A stretch of DNA of 64,000 bases from NCBI GenBank assembly GCA_004764695.1, contig SMSO01000032.1, positions 5,922,483 through 5,986,482 on the forward strand. The letters are read 5' to 3'. Source of the DNA: Schizochytrium sp. TIO01 (taxonomy: Eukaryota; Protista; Bigyra: Labyrinthulomycetes). The position numbers and the translations under genes were made by a program. Below are positions 42,183-50,767 of the stretch, in pieces; positions within the stretch are counted from its first letter, which is position 1, and each line of letters opens with the position of its first letter. A model generated the notes under the pieces. It made no database searches, was not told where the DNA came from, and saw only the letters and a program-made list of their open reading frames with translations.

Positions 42183-44666
42183 ATGTCTCACCCAAGCGCC
42201 CTGACCAATGCCACCGTGTGCCACTCCAGGTGTGACTGTATGTTTGCCCTTGATGATCCGATTATCCCTGGCTTTCGTCGCGCCGATCTCCGGCTTGATA
42301 TTTGTTTCTTTTTAACCTGCGACTGGTTTTTAAAGCAACCTCGATTTCCCGCTGACGATCAGAAGCTCAAACTCACCGCGAAAGAGAGCAGGTCCGTTGA
42401 ATGTCTGCTTGCCCATGCATCTGTATGTCAGTCACAGAATGTGTTCGCTGGCAATTGTAAAGACGAGCTCGATGGTCTGTTGAACAATCTAGGCTCTTAC
42501 CCTCGTGAGCTTAGTATTAGCAGCCAGATAGGTACCATCGAGGCGTTTTTTCTGGACGATTCAATCAGCTACGCTGCCAAGTTAATTGTCCTTTATTGTC
42601 CTCCGCTCAGCCGCATCTCGATTCGCAAGCCTGAAAGCAGACAAGATCTCCAAGAATTTCGCCGCGTGTGGAAGAGTCAAGTTGACTTATTCAAGGGCCC
42701 TCTCAAGAAAAAGCTGGTTCTGTTCAATGAACTCTACAAGTATGTGCTGATCATGAGGGGTGGAAAATACGCCAGGGATCCTACAGTCTTGAGAGATGAT
42801 GTGAACGAATCTCTCCGCCTTCGCTCTGTTGATCCTTACGATTGTACTCCCCGCTCATTTTCGAGTGTGGCTGCGTTAGATACCTGGGTCCTTCGGATGT
42901 TTAACGAGCAGCGCTGCAACCGTTTAATGCCGGACTCGAGGTCTCCGCCCAAGATTACATTTTCTGAGCTCGTGGATACCGCTCAGTCTCTCGGAAGACT
43001 ATCCGTTGTAGTATCTGAATTGCGTGAGCAACACGGGCATTTACTGGGTAGTCTTGTGCCGGAGCCGTCAAATGATGATCCATTTGAACGGTTGGCCCCC
43101 CATAAACCCAAGACTCTCAATCAGTGGAAGGAGCTTTATGAAAATATCGAGTGGAATAGTGATACTTTGGATGAAGATGAAACACTGCGCAAGCTGTACT
43201 ACGGTTTGAGTGATTTGTTAAAATCCCATAACTCCAGGGTTCTGCGAGCTTACATTGATGATCTTCCCAGCAGATCCAGTCCCTCTAGCACTGGCCTTCG
43301 CCGGTGGTTCGGAAAGAGCATTGGGTGGATTCAATCTATCATGAATGAGCGTAAAAAGACATTTAGTGTTGCCCAGAGGAAGATTATTGCTGAAACACTC
43401 CAAAATGAATTCGGAGGTCGTCGCTGTATCGATATAGAGAGTTCATTTTCTCACTTGAAGACATCACTTGAGGACTCTGAAAGTCGGATTAGCCAATTAT
43501 TTCCATTGGCCCACTTTGCATATGGCTTAACTGATAGCTTTCGTGCGCATGCAGTAATCATGTGCGCCGTTTACTCGGGGCTTCAAAATGAGGCTGGTTC
43601 TCGCAGAAATTATCCCTCGGGGTCTCCATCGGCTGCCCGCAAACGGCATTGTTTGTGGTCAATTCTCACGGAGCATTTCACGGATGTTGGGTTCGATGAC
43701 CCATTTAGCCCCCCCGGTGGCAACCCGATTCATTTTTTTCGCCGCAACGGAATGATGATCATGGTCCGGCGTGGGTGCAATAGTTCTATCTACTTTTTCG
43801 CTGAAGAGACTCTTACATCATACAAGATGAAGGAACTCGCGCTCTTTGCCCATGTAGGTATGATTCAACTGGTCACAGCCAAGTCTTCGGGGAGTACTTC
43901 GGGCGTTGTACAGCGTGATGACCTACTCCCTAACACGGCCAAATATGATCAACTGCAGAGACTTTCATTACCTATTCTGGGTGAGGACTGGATTGATTTT
44001 ATTCGGGAGACAGATCTCCCGTCTCGCTTCAAGTGTTTAGCGACCAAGGTACAGTCCCGGGGTGGCAACGTTGACGCGTGGTTGCGTGGTATTCTCCAGT
44101 GTGCTGGTGTGGCCTTGAATGATTCTGCGAATTGGGTTGAAGCTGTTCTTACTAGAATTACCGAGACCTCACCCGAACTTGGTTTCAATGGCATGAGTCA
44201 GGTCGCGTGGGTAGATCACATTCGTGCTACCAATGACGCATTGAATGAATCTTTCAATAAATTACTGCTTCCTGTGAGCAAGGAAGCCGTTGGCCGCACT
44301 TATGCAACAGCAAACGCCGAAGGCCTGTACACTTGTTGCGTTTGTTATACTGACACGAATTCTGACAAGTCAATCGTGACCTGTAAGAATGCACACATTT
44401 GCTGTACTGAGTGTCTGCGTAAGTGGAATGACCGTTGCCCTGGCTCGAAAAGCTCTTGTCCAATGTGCCGCGATGAGATCCCGAAAGTAAATCTTCACAG
44501 TCTCTCTTGTTATTTGGACAAATTCGGGCTAAGAGACGCGCGTAAGCGTGGCTCTCCTACTAAGCGTAAGCGTGACTCCGATCCGTCTGATAACCAAGAA
44601 AACCCCTCCAAGAAGGCCAAATTAACAAGCGACAATTACCCAGAAGTCATCGTCATTGATGAATAA
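42183..44666 (+). CDS. C3HC4 RING-finger protein (putative E3 ligase) with NLS and a C-terminal SIM-like motif
   Basis: CCVC...CKNAHICCTEC...CPMCR; KRKR, PSKKAKL; ends PEVIVIDE*. ATG at 42183 follows two CAAAACCAAAAC. Confidence 0.85.
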   Translation: MSHPSALTNATVCHSRCDCMFALDDPIIPGFRRADLRLDICFFLTCDWFLKQPRFPADDQKLKLTAKESRSVECLLAHASVCQSQNVFAGNCKDELDGLLNNLGSYPRELSISSQIGTIEAFFLDDSISYAAKLIVLYCPPLSRISIRKPESRQDLQEFRRVWKSQVDLFKGPLKKKLVLFNELYKYVLIMRGGKYARDPTVLRDDVNESLRLRSVDPYDCTPRSFSSVAALDTWVLRMFNEQRCNRLMPDSRSPPKITFSELVDTAQSLGRLSVVVSELREQHGHLLGSLVPEPSNDDPFERLAPHKPKTLNQWKELYENIEWNSDTLDEDETLRKLYYGLSDLLKSHNSRVLRAYIDDLPSRSSPSSTGLRRWFGKSIGWIQSIMNERKKTFSVAQRKIIAETLQNEFGGRRCIDIESSFSHLKTSLEDSESRISQLFPLAHFAYGLTDSFRAHAVIMCAVYSGLQNEAGSRRNYPSGSPSAARKRHCLWSILTEHFTDVGFDDPFSPPGGNPIHFFRRNGMMIMVRRGCNSSIYFFAEETLTSYKMKELALFAHVGMIQLVTAKSSGSTSGVVQRDDLLPNTAKYDQLQRLSLPILGEDWIDFIRETDLPSRFKCLATKVQSRGGNVDAWLRGILQCAGVALNDSANWVEAVLTRITETSPELGFNGMSQVAWVDHIRATNDALNESFNKLLLPVSKEAVGRTYATANAEGLYTCCVCYTDTNSDKSIVTCKNAHICCTECLRKWNDRCPGSKSSCPMCRDEIPKVNLHSLSCYLDKFGLRDARKRGSPTKRKRDSDPSDNQENPSKKAKLTSDNYPEVIVIDE

Positions 44667-44694
44667 ATTTTTAGAAATGTTTAAAACTCTACCC

Positions 44695-44904
44695 TACCCC
44701 CCTAATAAAAGCGATAAAAGCGATAAAAGCGATAAAAGCGATACCTATTTTTTTTGCACAAGGGTCACTATCTAGATTTTCTGCGGCGTTTTGGTTTGAA
44801 AACCCCCCTCAGTGACCTTTTTATGAATACTCAAAGTCTTGTCAGCACTTTGTCAAATGACAAAGTCTTCACAGTACCTTACATTAAATTGTAATATACC
44901 CCCC
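44695..44904 (-). repeat. G-run-bounded element, copy 10 (type A, reversed)
   Basis: Starts ~30 bp after the RING gene stop. Confidence 0.95.
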
Positions 44905-44919
44905 TCTCAGCCAGCCTAG

Positions 44920-45330
44920 CAACTTCACTCACTCAACTTGTTTCTGGAAACTTCTTGAGCTAATAAGTTGACTTCACTCACTCGACTTGTTTCTGGAAAC
45001 TTCTTGAGCTAATAAGTTGACTTCACTCACTCGACTTGTTTCTGGAAACTTCTTGAGCTAATAAGTTGACTTCACTCACTCGACTTGTTTCTGGAAACTT
45101 CTTGAGCTAATAACTTGACTTCACTCACTCGACTTGTTTCTGGAAACTTCTTGATTCAATAAGTTGACTTCACCCACTCGACTTGTTTCTGGAAACTTCT
45201 TGAGTTAATAACTTCACTTCACTCACTCTGGAAACTTCTTGATTCAATAATTTGACTTCACCCACCCGACTTGCTGCTGTAAACTTCTTGGTTCAACGAA
45301 TTGACTTCACTCACCCGACATGTTGCTGGA
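44920..45330. repeat. 49-bp tandem array, most units with TTCtgGAAacTTC plus TCACTCACTC; continues at 45605-45790
   Basis: ttgacttcactcactcgacttgtttctggaaacttcttgagctaataag; about 8 + 4 units. Confidence 0.95.
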
Positions 45331-45378
45331 AGTCATTGTCATTGATAAATAATTTAAGAGATGTTTTAAACTCTACCC

Positions 45379-45588
45379 TACCCCCCTAATAAAAGCGATA
45401 AAAGCGATAAAAGCGATAAAAGCGATACCTAATTTTTTTGTGCAAGGGTCACTATCTAGATTTTTTGCGGCGTTTTGGTTTGAAAACCCCCCTCAGTGAC
45501 CTTTTTATGAATACTCAAAGTCTTGTCAGCACTTTGTCAAATGACAAAGTCTTCACAGTACCTTACATTAAATTGTAATATACCCCCC
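45379..45588 (-). repeat. G-run-bounded element, copy 11 (type A, reversed)
   Basis: Near-identical to copy 10; preceded by a duplicate of the RING gene tail (gaagtcattgtcattgataaataa). Confidence 0.95.
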
Positions 45589-45968
45589 TCTCAGCCAGCC
45601 TAGCAACTTCACTCACTCAATCTATTTCTGGAAACTTCTTGAGCTAATAACTTGACTTCACTCACTCAACTTGTTTCTGGAAACTTCTTGGGTCGAAAAA
45701 TTGACTTCACTCACTCAACTTGTTTCTGGAAACTTCTTGGGTCGAAAAATTGACTTCACTCACTCAACTTGTTTCTGGAAACTTCTTGGGTCGATAGATT
45801 GCGTATCTTGTATGTATGTCTTGTTGTCTTGTATCTCCTACATGAATGACTATTTAATTCCTTGTACTCTTTTCAACAATAATTCATTCTGCAAAACCAA
45901 AACGTCAATCAGCAAACCCCGAACTCGAAGACTCCCTTGCAACATTTTCAACAATAGTAAGAAACACC

Positions 45969-47087
45969 ATGACTCCCCGTCCTTCAATTCTCAAGCCCTC
46001 CCCTCGTCGCACCGGACCGTTAAGAGTTCTCAAGCGTAAGCCTGATGTGATCATCAAGTCTAAACCCAAGACCACTTCTTCGCGCTACCCTACGATCACC
46101 AAGGTCTTCTTACCCCATCAAGAAGCTGGTGGAGCACTCGAGCATCTCCTTAGTGAAGGATATGTAGTCCTCAATCCAGAAATTGAATCGGTAAAATCGG
46201 AAATCCTCCGAGATGCCAGTCAATTCCCCGAGTACAACATGGCTAACCCTAAGGTCTACGTCGGTGGTGGTTTCTCCGCCCTGGGCAACCCATCATCCTT
46301 CCATTGCCCTTCTGTCCGTAAGCTTCGAGTCTTAGCGCAGAAGCTGATTGCACCTATCCTCCTCCCGTGGGCCCGTAGCCGTGGTCAAAAGGTCGAGCAG
46401 CTTTTCGACCGCCTCGTGATTCGTCCGAAGGGCACAACGATCAGCGGCGAATCTTGGCACCGCGACATTAGTCAGTGCTCTGGCGTTTTACCCGACGACG
46501 TCATTTTTGGAGGCTGGTGGAACCAAGATGATGTTCCGAATCAGTTCATTTGCGTTCCTCGTAGCCACCATGGTGTTGAACGTTCGGAGGGCCCGGGGTT
46601 CGCCAAACTTTCTCCGAAGGACTCGTGTCACTACAATACTAAGGGTATTCAAGTGATGGTCCCGGCCGGACACATTATCTTATTCAACGAGATGATTGTG
46701 CACAACATTGCGCGTGTTAACAAGTCTACGATTCAACATGTTCGTCTTTTTCTCGGTTTCCGGGTGACGCGTTCGTGTGAATCACTTTGTGGCACTGAAG
46801 AAGTTGTTCGGCGCATCAATTGTCAAGCTTCAATGCAGGTAAAGTCGGGTCAAGAACCCCCGATGTTCCCGAAACTCTATCTTTGCAATCATGTCGAAAA
46901 GCTTACGAGTTTCGCTTCCACCCTCGTTCCGAGTATGAAGCATGAACATTCTTTTGGCCCCAAGTCGAAACGCGCCGGTCAAACCGTCGTGATCCCCCGT
47001 ATGTTCTCCAAGTCTCTTTCTGAACAAGGCCTCCCTCTCTACCCTGCGTACTCTCCTGAGGAGATCGGCTTTTTTATTCCCAAGTAG
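45969..47087 (+). CDS. 2OG-Fe(II) dioxygenase-like (PhyH-type DSBH) protein
   Basis: WHRD (HxD), CVPRSH, VPAGHIILFNEMIVH (distal His), downstream VRLF Arg. Confidence 0.7.
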   Translation: MTPRPSILKPSPRRTGPLRVLKRKPDVIIKSKPKTTSSRYPTITKVFLPHQEAGGALEHLLSEGYVVLNPEIESVKSEILRDASQFPEYNMANPKVYVGGGFSALGNPSSFHCPSVRKLRVLAQKLIAPILLPWARSRGQKVEQLFDRLVIRPKGTTISGESWHRDISQCSGVLPDDVIFGGWWNQDDVPNQFICVPRSHHGVERSEGPGFAKLSPKDSCHYNTKGIQVMVPAGHIILFNEMIVHNIARVNKSTIQHVRLFLGFRVTRSCESLCGTEEVVRRINCQASMQVKSGQEPPMFPKLYLCNHVEKLTSFASTLVPSMKHEHSFGPKSKRAGQTVVIPRMFSKSLSEQGLPLYPAYSPEEIGFFIPK

Positions 47088-47139
47088 AAATTAATTCAAA
47101 CCCGAATCTCAAAGTAATCCATCTATCTTCTTTCCCTCT

Positions 47140-48180
47140 ATGATGTTTACCAGTGACCGTGCCGCCTTTGTGTCCACTTATCGTGAGTGCAAGGTATGTA
47201 TGGCATGTGAGCGACCCATCTTAGGTTCTTCACCTGGTCGCCATGTTGCTCATCTCAATTTATTCGTAGACGAAGGTTGCTACGCCCGCCTTTTCGGTGC
47301 ACACGCTCACACTCTGACTCTAGGGGTCGTTTCTAAAGATGTAGTCGAGCGAGTAAAGAAGAGTCGCGAGCTCATTGGATTGTCTGAGTTGTACGAGCAC
47401 CAGGTTGGCTTCGAAGAGCTGGAATGTTCCAGTCACCCTATCCGCGAATTCTGGCATGAATTACGTTCCTGTGAGTTCGATCTTGATCGATTTGTGGCCT
47501 TTTCAGGTCATCTTTCGCGTTTTTGGACAACTCTCGTGTATGAATACCAAGAATCAATTGTTCCACTCCTCTTCCGAGAAGGTGAAAGTTGGTATCCCGA
47601 TACCCCCGCGAGTTTTTTCCGTCTGCTTCTTCGTCAAGGAAGCGGGGGAGTTGAGTTACTTGATGTTCTTAATTTCCTTGGTCTCGGGAATTCGTTGTTG
47701 CGCACTTCAGTGTGTGAAGTGATTAATGCAATGATACCGCATATTCACAATGTGAATACGATGATTTTCGTGCGGTTTGTTTTCAGTGGTTTCTGCGAGC
47801 ACAAAATCTTAAATGTTGCATGGGCATTTCCGGAGTTTTTCCAGTTCGTTGACTATTCTCCGGATACTACAACTAGGTCTATAGTCTTATTCAACATTGT
47901 AAGTTTTTGTGACATCGTTGACACGCTTCCAGAAACAAGTTCACTCCTTCCAGAAAATCAATATAGAATCTGTCATTATGTTTTGACTCGGCTCCACGTT
48001 GGACTGAAAGAATTTGATTGTAAACTTCTAGAAGAATCAGTTTCTAAGCTTTGCGCTGAAATATTATGGTATGGTTGGAACAATTTAGATCAACCTGGCA
48101 AGATGATACCCTTTCAGCAAACCCCTAACACCAATGAGTGTTTGCGTCGAAATGAAGTGTTCACCCAAGTCACTTGTTAA
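47140..48180 (+). CDS. Hypothetical protein
   Basis: 346-aa ORF; N-terminal CKVCMAC. Confidence 0.7.
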   Translation: MMFTSDRAAFVSTYRECKVCMACERPILGSSPGRHVAHLNLFVDEGCYARLFGAHAHTLTLGVVSKDVVERVKKSRELIGLSELYEHQVGFEELECSSHPIREFWHELRSCEFDLDRFVAFSGHLSRFWTTLVYEYQESIVPLLFREGESWYPDTPASFFRLLLRQGSGGVELLDVLNFLGLGNSLLRTSVCEVINAMIPHIHNVNTMIFVRFVFSGFCEHKILNVAWAFPEFFQFVDYSPDTTTRSIVLFNIVSFCDIVDTLPETSSLLPENQYRICHYVLTRLHVGLKEFDCKLLEESVSKLCAEILWYGWNNLDQPGKMIPFQQTPNTNECLRRNEVFTQVTC

Positions 48181-48925
48181 GAAAATAAAGTACTGTAGTG
48201 GTCGTGATGGTAAATGTAATAATAAAGTATGGATTAGAGGCTTTTGCAAATCTTGCTATAAAGCAAATATTAAAAAGCAAGGTCAATTCCACTGTTTGTA
48301 TAGGCGTTGTAGATTACCATTGATTGCTGGTACTAATGCCTGTGTTAAGCATCAAAACTCTCCTCTCCTGAAACCTCTTTTGGTCATGGGTACGAATGTG
48401 ATAAATTCGAGTAAGGTAGTACCTTCCCCTACTGTTCCCTCGTCAGTTCCTTCGAGAGTTGCTTCGTTATCTTCTTCGGAAGTTCCTTCGGCAGTTCCTT
48501 CGAGAGTTGCTTCGGTATCTTCTTCGGAAGTTCCTTCTTCGGCAGTTCCTTCGAGAGTTGCTTCGGTATCTTCTCCGGCAGTTCCTTCGGCAGTTCCTTC
48601 GAGAGTTGCTTCGGTATCTTCTTCGGAAGTTCCTTCTTCGGCAGTTCCTTCGAGAGTTGCTTCGGTATCTTCTTCGGAAGTTCCTTCTCTGGGAGTTCCT
48701 TCTCTGGGAGTTTCTTCGGGAGTTCCTTCTCTGGGAGTTGCTTCGGGAGATCCTTCGACATCGGAACCACCTCTCCTGAATGATATTAGTATAGAGAGTC
48801 TATGCGAAATGTTGAAGTTCAATTATGAAGAGGTTGAGTCATTGACACGGCCAATTGATTTTAATGAATTAACTGGAGATGAAATAACTAGCTTAGATTT
48901 CTTCGATAGATCATTATTTTCATAA
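48134..48925 (+). CDS. Cys-rich (Zn-finger-like) N-terminus, S/V/P repeat and acidic tail; possible transcription regulator
   Basis: C-x5-C...GFCKSC and C-x4-C...CVKH; (AVPSRVASVSSSEVPS)n. Confidence 0.65.
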   Translation: MSVCVEMKCSPKSLVKKIKYCSGRDGKCNNKVWIRGFCKSCYKANIKKQGQFHCLYRRCRLPLIAGTNACVKHQNSPLLKPLLVMGTNVINSSKVVPSPTVPSSVPSRVASLSSSEVPSAVPSRVASVSSSEVPSSAVPSRVASVSSPAVPSAVPSRVASVSSSEVPSSAVPSRVASVSSSEVPSLGVPSLGVSSGVPSLGVASGDPSTSEPPLLNDISIESLCEMLKFNYEEVESLTRPIDFNELTGDEITSLDFFDRSLFS

Positions 48926-48961
48926 GATAATTTATAATTACAGTTACTAACTATTATTAGT

Positions 48962-50734
48962 ATGACTGATAGATCAAGTTATCGGACTCATCAGCGCCAT
49001 GAACATCCAAACCCCGAACCTTGGCTTTCTAAGCACAAATGGCCCATGGGTACCTTGGTCTTTATTTTATTAATAATTATTATAGTACCATCAGTTGTGA
49101 TCAGTACAAGCAGTCAAGAGGGTGACGGAGGTCCTCTTGATGGTGGGGGTGAAACTTTTGCGCCAACCACATATTCCCCTACGAGCATTGGTAGTCCATC
49201 TCCGAGTGCAAGTCCGACTTCGCCCACCTCTAGTGCTTGTGATGAAAGTCACAGACCCAATATCATTATCATGCAATCTGATGACCAGGGCTACGGTGAC
49301 CGACACTTGTGGAATCCCTCTTTCTACCGTATGCCAAATTTTGAGCGTCTAGCTGCCTCTGGAGTTGACTTTCGAGATGGACATTCACACTCAAGTGTGT
49401 GCTCCCCGTCCCGTTTTTCAATCATGACAGGTGAGCATTGGTATCGTTATCGTAGTGATCGTGGCGTTTTGAACAGCAACTCTGCCCCTGCGCTCCGTGA
49501 TGCCCCAAGTAATAGCAATGGAACAGTCACGACTATTGCTTCTCTGCTTCAGTCAATCGGTTATGGTACCTACTTTCTGGGCAAGTGGCACTTGGGACTT
49601 GAATTGCCAGTGAACTCTGCAGGAAAACGAGACTGGTCACTCCCTGTAAAAGGTGGACCCCTTGAATTTGGTTTTGACCATTGCCTAGCATTCTATGCCT
49701 TCAATGGGCTTATGACCTATTTGGAAGATGATTATTATCCGGAACCCCCGGACCATTACACCAAGCGTGATTCAAATACGTTTGGTATTCAAGATACCCC
49801 TAGTGAAAAGAAGTATGGTTGGGCCCGTTGCACAAGCACTTCTTCTACCTGTGAGGCAGTGGGTGCCTTCAAATCATCCAGTAATAATGGTTACAGTCGA
49901 AGCATTGGTCCAAGTTTTGATCACCGTTTCATGTTGCAAAATCTCACGAAGCGGGCCATTTCTTACATTGACACACATATGGAATCAACTCCAGACCAAC
50001 CTTTTCTTGTGCATATGGCTTGGACAACCCCGCATTTGCCTCATTACCACCACCCTGACTTTGATGATAATGACTTTGGAGCTTACGTTTCAGTTATGGA
50101 AGAGCTTGACTACCGGCTTGGTGAGATTCTGGACACTCTTGACCGTTGGAATATCACCGAAGACACATTTATAGTTGCAACAAGTGACAATGGTCCTGAA
50201 ACTAAGAGTTCTTACACCAAACACAATTTGCTCCCTGCGGCTGGTCTTCGTGCTGGTAAACGGTCCCTTTATGAAGGTGGCCATCGTGTTCCTTTCATTG
50301 TTTCGTGGCCTCGGGTAATGCCCACTGGTCTGAACATTACCGATGTTTATGTTGGTCAGGTTGACCTACTTTCAACAATTGCTGAAATGACAGGTGCGAC
50401 CATTCCCGATGGTTCTGCCCGTGACAGTTTTAGTTCCTGGCGGGCTATTTGTGACGCCTCAAACGTGAGACAGTCTGACATTCGCTCCAACCAACCGATG
50501 GTAAACGAACAACCTGGTGGAAGTGATGATGGGGGTCTTGGTCGATCATTGCGTTGCGGAGACCTTAAATTGATTCCAACCTCGAGTAGCAAGTGGGAGC
50601 TTTACAACATTTCTGCTGACCCTTACGAGCAAAATAATATTGCTAGCTCCCACTCTAGTATTGTATCAACGTATAAGACAGTTCTCAAGGAAATTATCAA
50701 CAATGGATTTAGTGACAGCACTGCTATATGCTAA
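48962..50734 (+). CDS. Arylsulfatase (formylglycine-dependent), type II membrane-anchored
   Basis: PNIIIMQSDDQGYGD, CSPSR (CxPxR), GKWHLG, SDNG, GKRSLYEGGHRVP, ELYNISADPYE; N-terminal TM plus S/P/T stalk. Confidence 0.95.
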   Translation: MTDRSSYRTHQRHEHPNPEPWLSKHKWPMGTLVFILLIIIIVPSVVISTSSQEGDGGPLDGGGETFAPTTYSPTSIGSPSPSASPTSPTSSACDESHRPNIIIMQSDDQGYGDRHLWNPSFYRMPNFERLAASGVDFRDGHSHSSVCSPSRFSIMTGEHWYRYRSDRGVLNSNSAPALRDAPSNSNGTVTTIASLLQSIGYGTYFLGKWHLGLELPVNSAGKRDWSLPVKGGPLEFGFDHCLAFYAFNGLMTYLEDDYYPEPPDHYTKRDSNTFGIQDTPSEKKYGWARCTSTSSTCEAVGAFKSSSNNGYSRSIGPSFDHRFMLQNLTKRAISYIDTHMESTPDQPFLVHMAWTTPHLPHYHHPDFDDNDFGAYVSVMEELDYRLGEILDTLDRWNITEDTFIVATSDNGPETKSSYTKHNLLPAAGLRAGKRSLYEGGHRVPFIVSWPRVMPTGLNITDVYVGQVDLLSTIAEMTGATIPDGSARDSFSSWRAICDASNVRQSDIRSNQPMVNEQPGGSDDGGLGRSLRCGDLKLIPTSSSKWELYNISADPYEQNNIASSHSSIVSTYKTVLKEIINNGFSDSTAIC

Positions 50735-50767
50735 TACTTATCGTTTAGATTTTAAACTCTCCGTTAC

